Assembly: GCA_050575255.1 (NCBI GenBank)
Contig: JBNZDD010013635.1
Coordinates: forward strand, 2,705,670 to 2,769,669
DNA from: Harriotta raleighana
Taxonomy: Eukaryota
Length of the DNA stretch: 64,000 nt
Direction: 5' to 3'
Below the pieces are notes generated by a model that was not told the origin of the DNA, did no database searches, and saw nothing but the letters and a program-made list of their open reading frames with translations. How positions within the stretch are numbered: the stretch's first letter is position 1; every line of letters begins with the position of its first letter. Both the position numbers and the translations under genes were made by a program. Positions 39,795 to 51,762 of this stretch are shown here, piece after piece.

Positions 39795-39972
39795 TCAAAT
39801 CAAAAAATCAAAATTTTATTTATATAGCGCCTTTCACGTCGGGAGGACGTCCCAAGGCGCTGTACAGTCAAGTAGGTGGGGAGGGCTCAAGGGAAGGAAA
39901 GTAGAAAAAATTGACTGTATATTTGTGGGCGAAACGTGGCAGCTAAATTGCGCACAGCAGTGTCCCACAAAT
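39795..39972 (-). mobile_element. SINE core plus L2-type tail
   Basis: Reverse complement of the 61561-61724 element. Confidence 0.75.
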
Positions 39973-41584
39973 ACAATTTTGGGGGAGAATCTGAGGAGCT
40001 GCTATTTTAAATGTTTTAATGCACCTCTACAAAATATGCCATATTTATCCTAATTTTTCCAACAATTTTAGCATCCTTGATTAAGGCATTGCAGACCTGG
40101 GGGATTCAGTGTAATTCAATGTAAAACAGCTTGATCAGGAATAAAATTAAAGCTTGTTGCATAATCTTGGGAAACGTGAATCCGAAGCCCCGAATGATAC
40201 TGTTGGTATCATCTCTTTGAGCATAGCATGACTGCCAATGAGCATATATTTTTAGCCAGAGGCTACTTCCTGCCATTTGTCTCCTCATATACACCTTCAT
40301 ATATACACTTTCAAATATACAGTCAGTTTTTCCTACTTTCCTTTCCTTCCTACTTGACTGTACAGCGCCTTGGGACATCCTCCCGACTTGAAAGGCACTA
40401 TTCAAATGTAATTTTAATTGATTGATTGATTCATGAAATATTTTTAACTTGGGGAATTTTAACACTATTGTCATCTGCTACATTTGATACTTCAATTGGA
40501 ATTTAACTCTGATTTGACAGATGATAATGACATGTCTTACTATTATCATTGCTATGAATGTGATTTACTGTTGTCTTCCTGATATTATTTGAAATAAATG
40601 TTTTTATTGTTTGAATTGGCCGCATAGTAAATTGTTAACTTATCATTGCACCCTGTTGGGAGTGGGAATTCTCTCTAACACTTTGGAATTATCTTGCTTG
40701 GTGTCCACCTTTTTGTTGCTCTGATTTGAAGACCTTTCTTCACCAACACAATAACAGGAACACAGTTTCAATGCCGTCTCTTTTCTGTCCAGCACCTGGG
40801 GACGTCCTCCTGACGTGAAAGGCCAAGTGTAATTTTGTTGTTTTTGTTAATACATGTATGTTGTGCACAACCTTAATTATTCAATTAAGGAACTGTTGAT
40901 CAAAGGTTAATAATTGTGTGTGTATTGGGTTCAATGCTTACTCCAATCCTCTTCACTGCAGCATTATTGTATGTGCAATATATATTCTAGTTAGTATCGA
41001 ATTGGCTGCTTTAAATAAGTGGCATACCATTAATAACCCAATGGTGTAATAGTACAGTGTTGATGGTATGTTTAGGTAATTCTACTTTTGTTTGATGATT
41101 TAGCGCTCTTTGAGGCTCACTGGGAATGGTTACAGAATTGGGAGTGCAGTATAGATGATTTGTTTTGAATGTTGTTGTTGTTGAATGAAAAACTTCTGTA
41201 AAAGAATTTTAATAATTGTATTGAATTTGGTCGAGTCCCAGGCTTCAGGTAATCTACCAGAACTGCTTGACATTTACTTCTGTGTCAACTCTCTCAATTC
41301 ACTTTGCAATCTTGCCCCATGTGTGAATGTGAGTACAGTATAGGGTTTCCTTTTTATGCTTCACTTTTAACTGTCTTTCTCCTATTTTTGTTTCAAAGCT
41401 GTTGTAGGGGCTCATGTCTCGCTTGCATTAACGCTCCCCTGTTTTTATTTTGGGTGCAGTATTGCCTTCATTGCCCACTCCCCACTCGCTCTGTGTACGA
41501 CTGTCCGTTGAGTGACTGCAGTGCTGTCTGTCTGGTGCAGGGGTTTCTTTCTCACATCCTTACTAAATACTCTCTGTTCTGCAG

Positions 41585-41642
41585 GCGGTACAGCAGAGCA
41601 CAAGTCTCGCCTCGGAATTTGAGCGCAGACGTGCCCAAACAG
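41585..41642 (+). CDS. FARP2: FARP2 exon (RYSRAQVSPRNLSADVPKQ)
   Basis: CAG/GTTAGT boundaries, 58 nt. Confidence 0.88.
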
Positions 41643-42380
41643 GTTAGTCCTGCGGCACTTTATCTTTGGGATGTGCATCAGTGTATTGTCCCTGTGAAGT
41701 TCTTATTTAACAACTTATTATGTGGATTGTTCTCTCTTCTTCGTAAGAATAATTGCAGGGGACTTCCTGACCATATTCTCCTATCACTGAGAATATGAAC
41801 GCCAATAGGTAGCAGACACTTACACAATTACTGTTGGTGCCACTCTAACAAATTAGCTGTGAACGAGATAGTGAAACTATGCTTGATCTTTCTCTTCTCC
41901 CTCTTGTTCCCCCTTCCTGAAATGGGCAGATGCCTCCCTTGCACGTGGCATTCCCATCCTGCTGGCAAAACTTGTACAGTTAAGGCAATCTGGGCTAAGC
42001 GGTGAATAATTCTGGGAATGACCAGAATTGACCTCTCCAATGATCTTCTGGTTTGGGAGCTGTGTAAAGCGGTTGCTTTGTTCCTGCCAATCTTGTCTGT
42101 TTCATTTCATGAACTCCCTCACCCCGCAAAAAATTTGCACATCAACTTCTTGTCTGTTGAGGTGCTACGGAATCTCATTGCATATTTCTCATCCAATTAT
42201 TTTCTGTTCCGGGTCTTGCTATTCATCGATAAAGAAATTTAAGGGCATGTGTTATTTGGCTAATTTGTGTACTGTAAGATATCCAAAAACTGAAGCAAAA
42301 AGAATACATTTGATTTTGACCGGCTTCAAAACTAATTATGGGTTCCAAATGTGTTGTTGATTTATTTATTTCTCTTCCAG

Positions 42381-42621
42381 AGTTTATCAGTTACTGAATG
42401 TTTAGAGGCCCCAGGGTCCCCTTCCTCAGCGACCATCTCCTTCCAGTCCATCCAGTCTACTTCTAAAAGTTCTGCCGATCGACAGCCCGTCCATCCTGTT
42501 AATGCAAGCATGCTCGTTGACAAGACCGCCCAGAAGTCCCCAGCAGAAGTGAACATGAGTCCAGTGTTTGAACAGTCGTGGAAGAAGAATTCTGACCATC
42601 CCTCTTCAATCTCCTTGCAAG
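42381..42621 (+). CDS. FARP2: FARP2 linker exon, short form (SLSVTECLEAPGSPSSA...ISLQG); donor position uncertain (42621, 42678 or 43029)
   Basis: Phase-0 CAG acceptor; must end in phase 1 to join the exon at 56381; peptide resembles FARP2 SISFPEGLRTPASPSSA (recalled). Confidence 0.65.
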
Positions 42622-43604
42622 GTTCTGTTGCTGAAGTTGCAGCCAGCTGCAGCCCCTGCTCTTCAGTTTGCGATGAGGGTAGTAGTGTGGTTAGGGAGGA
42701 TTACAGTGAGGGCAGGTCCACTCAGAAAAATGACAATGATGGGGATGATTATACCAGAGGTGTATTTATTACTGAGAATGAGTATAATGTTAGCCAGCTT
42801 CGGGGAAGGGCAATGCCAGTTTTCACATTGACAAACGCTCAGTTGCAACTCACAGAAGAGTTCATTGATGATGATCCTACTGAGATTTCTTTTTTTGCGG
42901 GCGGGTCGGAAGCATTTTCACCTTGTTACAGTGGGCTAGGGAATAGCTTGAATGGTCTTGCATCTTACAGTGAGCAAGACCATTCACCAATGATAAATTC
43001 CAACCTTAGCAAACACGTCTGGAGCTCACGTAAGTACGGCAATAATAATGTGGAGGTGGGTTCAGACGAAGACTTTGAATTTAAGGGGGGGAGCGATTTC
43101 AATGGCAACGGCCAAGCAATCAACACGGCTGACCTTTTTGAAGTGAAGGAGCAAATCGATCGGATGCATGGGCATTTCAGCAGATCTGAAACCAGCTCTC
43201 TCGTGAACAACCAGTCACAGAGCAGCTCACTGACAAACCTTGGGCTAAACGGTTTGTCTGAAACGGCATCGTTCGGGATGGCCAACTCGGCCAATCAGTC
43301 TGAAGCCAGTTCAATGGTGAATTTCCCCACCTATTCAGTGCGCTCTGAATCCAGCTCCGCGCTTCAGTTCGGCGATGTGATCGATCAGTTTGAGCAATTG
43401 AGTTACCCCCCCACCACCACTGAGGATTCTACCAGCAGTGGGTCTGGGTCATGGGATTCAGACCACGGTGCCCCTCTCGAGGGCAACTTCTTCTTCAGTA
43501 ATCCATTTGCACAAGTCACAGCCAATAACTTCACTTTTAGTTTCAAGAATGAGGTTAATGGTTGTGCACACGGAGAAAGGGAGGAGAGGAGCAGTCTCTG
43601 TTGA
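42381..43604 (+). CDS. FARP2: Extended/terminal form of the linker exon: 407-aa Ser/acidic tail of a predicted GEF-less FARP2 isoform
   Basis: Uninterrupted reading frame from the acceptor to TGA at 43602-43604, in AT-rich DNA where background ORFs are mostly under 130 aa; non-repetitive, coding-like composition. Confidence 0.7.
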   Translation, partial: SLSVTECLEAPGSPSSATISFQSIQSTSKSSADRQPVHPVNASMLVDKTAQKSPAEVNMSPVFEQSWKKNSDHPSSISLQGSVAEVAASCSPCSSVCDEGSSVVREDYSEGRSTQKNDNDGDDYTRGVFITENEYNVSQLRGRAMPVFTLTNAQLQLTEEFIDDDPTEISFFAGGSEAFSPCYSGLGNSLNGLASYSEQDHSPMINSNLSKHVWSSRKYGNNNVEVGSDEDFEFKGGSDFNGNGQAINTADLFEVKEQIDRMHGHFSRSETSSLVNNQSQSSSLTNLGLNGLSETASFGMANSANQSEASSMVNFPTYSVRSESSSALQFGDVIDQFEQLSYPPTTTEDSTSSGSGSWDSDHGAPLEGNFFFSNPFAQVTANNFTFSFKNEVNGCAHGEREERSSLC

Positions 43605-46600
43605 ACTTTAGTAATCCGGCGCTGGCACAGTTTGAAGCAGAGCTGATAGTTCTTTCCCCACTTTTAATGGTTTGGGACCAAAAGCTAATTACACTTTGAT
43701 GATCTGCTGGACTTTACTGCTGCTTTTTATTTTCTTTGGTTTGATGATCACCAGAGCAGGACATTCCTATTCACGATTCATTTCACATACTAAAAGTAGA
43801 AATATATCTCACTAATACTTAATTATAACCACTTCCAATGTATTTAATGTACAATTTTTGCTTCTCGCTCGAATGCGATGAGTGTTGGACCAGTTTGACC
43901 AAAATTTTCTCTTGAGGCAGTCCTGGGAATTTCCAAAAGCACTAATGTCATATTGTTCAGTGCAGGTTCCTCAGTTTTCCTTTATTTGCAAACATGAGCC
44001 CAGAATTTATCTTTATGAAGGAAGATGCCAATTATCAGTGGCAGCAGCTTTTTTTTTACTATAGCACGAGAGTTTCAAATTGACTTTATACAATTATATC
44101 TCTTCTCTGCAACTACTGTGGATAGCAGTTCTCATGGGATCACACAAATCTTACTTTATCAGATATCGTCAATTGTTTGCTTAGCAATAATCCCTGGAAT
44201 AGAAGCAAAGAAAATAAAATTGATTGCTTAGAAAAAAGAACTGACATTTATATATAGCTAACAGGACTGTGTAGACATTGCGACATAGTTTATTGTCATT
44301 TTCCTTATTAATGGAGGGAGGGGGGGAATCTTTTCCCATGTATTGTATCATCTCTGTCTTGTGTTTGGCACAAGTCGGACAGAAGCACTGATACTTGTCA
44401 ATATTCCTTTCAGGTGAATTTGCAGAGGCTAAAGTGTGTTGATTTCTATTTCAGTACCATGGAAGTACCATTTGGGGTTACAAAGATTTGCAGTGTGCAA
44501 GTTTAACCACATGCTTTGTTTTTTTGCTCTGCTATTTGTAATGATTGATGATATTTCGAATAGAATGAGATCCCTAGCTCCTAGAATTGGAGATTGTGTT
44601 TCCAGTTGCATCTTTGTTCACTTTCACTGGAGGAAGGAACCTGTAACAGTAATTACCCTGCTGAATAAATGATTGATTTCGGATGTAGGAAGGGAAGAAA
44701 AGAGATTAGGAGTTGCATAGATTTTTTACCAGTGGTAGTGATTACTACTTTTTTGCTCCCATTTCCATGCTGTATTATTGATGACAAGCAATATAATTGG
44801 ATATCTAAAGCCATGGATATACTTGAAGCATGGACATTCTGATCACACATCTTACTTTGACGTAGTAATTCTATAGAGCGTGGGGAAAGATTTTCTTTGT
44901 GGAAATTGTAGTTTTCCATATATAGTACATGAATTCTGTGATTTCTGCAGGATTTTGTGCGGTTTTAAAAAATAAATAAAAAATTGTGAATGGTGGGCTT
45001 TTGTAAATGAAATGTTCATATGTGATTATCAACCATTGTTTGCCATTGACCAAGGCTTCTTAATATAAATACCACTGAGGTATTTGGAAGGTTAGGTTTA
45101 ATTTTTGTCTTGGTCAATGGTCCATCACAGTAAACCAGGCTGGAAACCCCTTAATTGCACACAGTATAAAATCTTTTAGGGTTTTGATTAAATTAGAGTT
45201 CAAGCATTGACTTTGCACTAGTATGGCTGTGATTCTATGGAAATGGAGAGCAGATAATTAAAAATGTTGGTAGAGGAATTGCGGTCTCGCATCCAAACTT
45301 CTATTGTAGGGACAAAGTGAACGTGTTGTATTGTGAGTGAGTTTTGCTGCTCTTTGTGCTTTTTAGAAGCAGGAGACCACAACCTCTCAGTTTTGTCTCT
45401 GTTTCTTCTCCCCTCCACCCACCCCCTGCATCCTTTCTTTCCCTGAAGCCTCATGCAAAAGTCAAATTCCATTGGTGCTATGTTGTAACCTTCTGTTGTA
45501 TGTGAACTCAGTATTGTTGGAAGACTTTTGACAATGAGTAACAGTGCAGATTAAAGTTACAGTTGGGATCAGGAGCAATTGACAGAGACCATTTTGGTCC
45601 GTATAATAGCACTCTATAGTATCGAGACTAGCACTGCACATCCTTGATGTTTAATGCAAGAGGCCCTCATTGGATTGAATGTCCCTACTATGGAATTTGA
45701 GATTGCTATAAGTGCTGGTTTTGAAATGGGCTCTGAAAAGAGAGTGTTTGTATGATCTAGTCTGTGAGTCACAGGAAATCTCTCTTTGCTGGCCTCCTCT
45801 CCTCTCTGTCCCACCTCCCAAATGTAAGAAAGTCCTTGCAGTGCCCAATTCACCTTGTGCCTTTTCCTTTTCAAATATACGAGTCTTCAAAGCTTGTTTA
45901 CACAGAGCCTGTGTATTGGTCGTGATTTTACATGTAGCCATATTTGTTTGTAAAATTTGGATTAACTTCTCTCTCCTCAGTGTATGCACTTTTCAGTGTA
46001 TGTGCCTTATATCCAGATAGCAGATTGGAGAGGGAGGAAGTGTAGGATACTTGTGCAGGATATAATAATCCTTTGTGTTTTATATGATACATATTTTTCA
46101 GAATATGCCATTTTCTTAATGTTTTCTAACACTAATACAGACACTAATGCAAGGTTTTAAATGCCAAAAGCAAATTGGAGTTATTCAAATATTTAATTTT
46201 TTTTTAAAAGAAGTCCGGCTGGTATCTCATTCTCATTATTGTCATTGGGTGGTGAAAAGATAGGTACTTATTTGATCTTTGTTATTATTGCTTTAGTTAT
46301 GAAAATGTTCAGTGTAGGATATTTTGCTTCACTTTCCCACAAAATATCAGAATTTTGATAGTGGTTTTGTTCTGTTCACAAACTCCATTTGAACTGTCAA
46401 ATGTTATTTTGAATGCTGTTAATAATGATCGAAAGCTGCAGTAATGTGGTGGTGGGCAATAGAGTTTGTTTCGTCCAGAAACAATGGTGAACTGGCTGTA
46501 TGGCGAATTTCCCGAGTGCCTCCATGATTGAAACATTCAAACTTTGAATGGGGAATTGTTTGGAGAGAATTTGGGATTCTTACCAGCCATTTTTTTCATG

Positions 46601-49600
46601 GTGATTACATGGAAAAGAAGTAAATCTTGCCCGTGTAACGTTCAGGTATTGTCTCATTCAGATTCAAACCTTGATTTCAGTGATCAATCCTCATATTCAC
46701 ATCTGATCTGTACAAAAGTCAACCTGCGTTGTATGAAGTATTGCTAATTCTGTATTCTGGGCTGAGGTACTAAACCAATCTGATGATCAAACCATTTTAA
46801 TGAAGTGTGCTTAATATATTCCGTTGGTATACAGTTAAGGCAAACTTGGATTTGTGCCTTGTATTTATATTTTGTGCTCATTGTGGAGGTGTAGAGAGAA
46901 TTAAGCCAACTTTGAGTGAGGTGGGATAGAACAAAACGCATTGATCTTGGTGCGAGACAAGGTAGGAAAGAACGGGGGGGAGAAAGAGGTGTGAGGGAGA
47001 ACCGAGTTAGCTCCAAACTCTGCTGCAGAATCTGGCTTTAGATTTAGGAAAAGAATGGATGACTTTATACAATTGGCATGGTTTCGTAGCTAAATATTGC
47101 TCATGAGAGAAGACTGGAAATATTCATTCTCCTGTTTAAATTATCATACAGTACTTTCTTAGGTGAAGTCAGATGAGGAGTTTGAATTTGTATCCATCCC
47201 CCAAAAAACTGAACACCAAGCCAGTTACACAACCTCCTGCTGCTCATGTCAAAAGCCATTGCATAAATTGTGCCCCCCTCCCATCCACTTAAGTTTTATG
47301 AATCCTTCGTACTTGGGATCTGTATGGCTCGCAATCTCCTACAGAAGCACTGTCCATTTAGGGCTGTGAATGAAGATTCCTACCTTGATTGTTTAGTTCT
47401 GCCTTGGTACAAAGTGACTTTCAAATCAGATCAAATAGAAGTTTGATATATAATCAATATATAGGTACACAGTTTTATTTGCTTGTTAGAAAAGAAGTTG
47501 GAGCCTGCCTGAAACACAGAGTGAATGCTGGAGAATTCAACGTTTGTATCTACATGGACACATGTTTCAGGGAAGGTTGGTGGTCCAAGGCTTGTTATAT
47601 TACTGTTATTGAAGGTAGAACCAGATTAAAGATCTGTGCCATCACTAATATTTAGGGAGAACATATCTGTGCCACATGACCAATCTGTGCCTCCAACCCA
47701 GAAATTGATTTTACGTGCCATGAAGCATAAATGTGGGAGATCAGAGATTGGGAGGATGTTGAAGCAAATAGTTTTTCAGTGGGCGGGAATTAATACTGCA
47801 CCTTGCTCCATACTGAAGTGTAGCCAGTTTTATCATGAAGAATCTTTAAAAAGTGCCTGAATTTTTTTTTTACCAAAATCTGATTCTTTGCTATTTTCAC
47901 ACATATATGATTATAATAATATTGGTTACAAGTATAAAAAGATTTGCTTAAGATTTAAACTTGTTGACAGGATGTGGAACAATGGTTTGACTTGGTGTAT
48001 CCCACAGGCTGTAATACAATCAGAATTTTTAGTGCCCAGTTTGTGTAATTTTATAAAAACAATAAATACATTGGTACAGACCGTTCTTGGTTCTATTTAT
48101 TTACTGCCAGCACCGTGTTATGGCATCTGCATTTCTCTTGGCAAATATGGGGTTACGTCTTTCGCTTCTGCTTTATATCATCCTAGGAGAGGGTGGTGGA
48201 AGCAGTACCAGTAACACAATCATGAACCCAGAGGGAAAATGTAGTGTGTGAAAGGATGGTCCTGTTTTTCATGAACATGCTATGCAGGCAGACAAAGACT
48301 ATTGTAAGAGACAATGTAATATGCAGTTGATGCAGCTATTGAGTTATAAGTGGAGTATTAAAAATAATCACAGGCTCCCAATTCTGGCATTTCCATTTAT
48401 GCCTTGGAGCCTTTTGATATTATGTGTGCAAAAGTGATGCCTGACATTCCTCAGTTGTAGGAGTCATCGGCAATATTCAGCTTTTGCTGAAGCCTCTTTC
48501 CTCTTTATTGGTGCCTTATCTCCTGAACTTGGCGGCTCATTGTCATATGCCTGGCCTTGTTACAGGGCTTCTACATGTTTCAGCATGTCACAGTGGATAA
48601 CTTTTTTATATATAAAGTTCAAAGTTAATGGTACGAATGAGTCAGACATTTATGCAAATACCCCATTGACCTTGTGCCATTGTACCTAATACTGTGGCAT
48701 GAAGGAGGGTTGAAATTCCTATGATATGCAGCTTCAAAAATCCTCAGCTGTTATTATCCCCTTCAATTATTTTAGGGTTGCACGGCCAGGCAACCTTATT
48801 CCTAAGCCATTTTAAGGACAGAAACTGTAGCACCCCTTGTGACAAAGCTTCAAGACGTAAAAATAGTACAATGAGAAAGCTCATCCAAAGTGCCTTAAGC
48901 ATTACTCATGCTGTGGCTGAATTAACCTTTCTCAAAGCAGACCCTCCTAAATGATGAACTTGCAGTGTCAACTGCACCTGTGATATAGATATAGCAAATT
49001 GAAGAATTGACCCTTCAACATGAAGAATTGTCCATGATAATTGTTCAATTGTTTTTTTCCCTGGACAATATTCATCTCACGATAGAAAACATCCGGATAA
49101 TCTTGTTTTGATAATCTTGTTCTCTGACAGTTTTGTTCTCATCTCAGTGGTTCACACTCGTCGAGTGAGGACTTTACACATTCTTAATTGCTATACGAGA
49201 TGTTTTCAAAAGACAGTGAAATAAACTTTCTTTGTGTTGGGTAAGGTTTGAAAGAAATTGATTTAAACCTGAGATAATCTTCACCATGCACTACCATGAA
49301 CATTATTGATTCTGATCTTAAGAAGCCATCTGGGCGAATGTGGCAGTGAGATAGTGAGGAGGGACTGGAGGTTTCCAGGGATCCTACATTTGCATCTTTG
49401 ACAAAGACCTTGAAATGAGTCACTTGGTTGCACCTTTCAGTGGAAAATAGACAATGCTTTGATTTAATTTTTGGTGTGGGGGAAGGCTATTGTTTGCTCA
49501 AAATACATAATTAGAAGAATAGAAAAGGATTAATAGTGATCCATGCCTTTATTTATTTTTCCTTTACTGTTTCAGTGTTTATCTTGCTTGCTCATCGCTT

Positions 49601-50582
49601 TCTCTTGGCTGACTTCAGTTTGAAAGCCAGATTTACACTTGTGGGATTAACAGGTTAACTTGTATGTAAACTGGCACTTGACCTTTGTGCTTTTCACTTG
49701 AAATCTCAAGTGAGCTGGAGCAATGGAACAGAATCTCACTTATGAGTTTTTTGCACAGGCAACAACAACAAAATAAACCCCGAAATTACATTTCTAGAGC
49801 GCCTTTCACGTCAGGAGGCAACTTGGCCCAACAGATTCTTCTTGTGTGAGCCTAGACAATGGGTATTGTCAAACTATTAAACTATTGAGTAGGTGGGCAC
49901 TGAGCTCAATCTTAACAATCGCGTTACTCGGTAGGGATTGGGTTATTCCTTCCCCTTGGAAACTGTTCCTCTTGGGAGCTGAGATTAATGGTGACATCCT
50001 TGGAAATCCCTAGCTGAGATCAGAGGAATCAGCACAGTCATCAAATGTGTGTCCTAGATCTCTTGTTCAATTTTACACTAGGCAGTGACTGTTTACGCAC
50101 TGCAGGAGCGTGTCCAAATTAGTTTTATATTGTGTACTGTAAAATTCTGTAAACTGAGGGTGGGGGAAGAATTGCTTTATCCTTTTGGTTAACTATTGGA
50201 AATCATTCTGAAAAGTTTTATGGAACAGCACCAGATGAAGTGAGGTTCAGAAAAGTTTGATCCTGTTCCTCAAGAAAAACCCCACTTGAAATTTGTAAAT
50301 CAAGTACATTTTTAAACATTTATGCTTTCATTTCCCTGTTTTTATTTCATTTGGGTTCCAATTTAGTTACAATTCAAATTACCAAGGAGCACATTTGTAG
50401 ATGTTTGAAGCAAAAAAAGTTTTTTTTTTAGTTCTGTGAACAACTCTTCCTTTCGACTCACGCTTTGAAGTGAACTGGTCATTGGTTTTCATTAGCAGCT
50501 ACGATGGGTTGTTGTGAGATTGTATTACATTGCACAGCTTTGAGCTGCTTTGGTGACTCCATGTTTACTTGGGCATCTCTCC

Positions 50583-50645
50583 AATAAAAAGCTTCTTTGA
50601 ATGGACATTGTGTGGGTTTGTTCTTTGTCTTGCTGTTTTTTTCAC
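50583..50645 (+). terminator. Candidate poly(A) site (AATAAA plus downstream GU/U-rich element) for the truncated isoform
   Basis: AATAAA at 50583 followed about 20 nt later by TTGTGTGGGTTTGTTCTTTGTCTTGCTGTTTTT; other AATAAA at 44213, 44664, 44971 and 48061. Confidence 0.35.
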
Positions 50646-51451
50646 TAAAGGTGTGTTTACGGGGAAAATTGCACTTTGCAGCAAATCAGATATTAAAGCA
50701 CATTAGAACATCTCCATGCAACTGATTTCATTTTGTCAATGTGAAAATGGCAGTTTCTGTAGGAATAGAGGCAAATGCAAATGTTTAAATGCTCCTTAGT
50801 GGATTCCTTTCTATGTTGGGGTGTGATGGGGAGAGAGAGCAGAAGAGATTAGAAAAATGTAAACCTTTAAATACCGCTTTAAGTAACTAGGGTGCTTTCT
50901 GAGATAAGCATGGAGGTGGGGCGAGTGGGGCGAATGGGAGTAGGAGATTGAAGGGTAAAGTTCTGTTGTCAACACTTTCCTACGTACCGATTCACAATGT
51001 GTTATGTTTCCTTTCCACAAATTGTAACTGGCCACTTTTTTGGGAGGAGGGGAAATCACAATATTGCACATACATTTACAGTAAATTGATAAATCAACCC
51101 TGAAACTCGTCATTACCATTGAATTCATCATTGATGTCAATATTCTGGCTGTAGTTATACATATATTTAACTCCTCACTTCAGATAACCTCGTCCATTGC
51201 CCTTTTCCCTCGTAGTGATGAATTATTAGGAGTTTACTGCAGATGGTCATACTCAATGAGAAATTTATACATAACTGAGTTGGATGACCTAGTTATGCAT
51301 AAACGTTTATGCAAAAAAGACTTTTTGAAACTTATCCATTAACAAAATAGTATCAGCTATTGCACATATCCCCTAAAAGATATTCATCTTCTATTCTGAA
51401 ATTCATAAACTAAGGGCTCTGCCTGAACTATATTTCTTATATATATTATTT

Positions 51452-51762
51452 GTGGAGTCCTGTGGCTCAGTGGATAGAGCACTTGCCTTACAAGCGAGAG
51501 ACTTGGGTTCAATTCCTGGTAGGGTGAAACCTTGGACAAGTTTCCTTACTCCACGTCCACATGTCTAATAATAATCCATCGAAATAAACCATAATAAATT
51601 GGTCATTTCAATCCATGACTATTGGTGGGCACTGCTGTGGGCAACTGGCTGCTGTGTTTCTCCCACATATATAGTCAATTCACAATAAAGTATATTCTGT
51701 GAAATGCTTTGAGACGTCTAGAAGACGTGAAAAGCGCTATATCAAATGCAAGGCGTATTATT
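51452..51762 (+). mobile_element. tRNA-derived SINE, full length
   Basis: A box TGGCTCAGTGG (51463), B box GGTTCAATTCC (51506), core, L2-like tail. Confidence 0.85.

Noticed and set aside
42351-43604. Independent single-exon gene nested in the intron
   Set aside because: The ORF begins at a FARP2 splice acceptor, in frame with the preceding exon, and its first residues are the FARP2 linker; better explained as an exon extension
51452-51525. tRNA-like sequence with A and B boxes
   Set aside because: It is the head of a SINE, continuing into the SINE core and tail, with many degenerate copies
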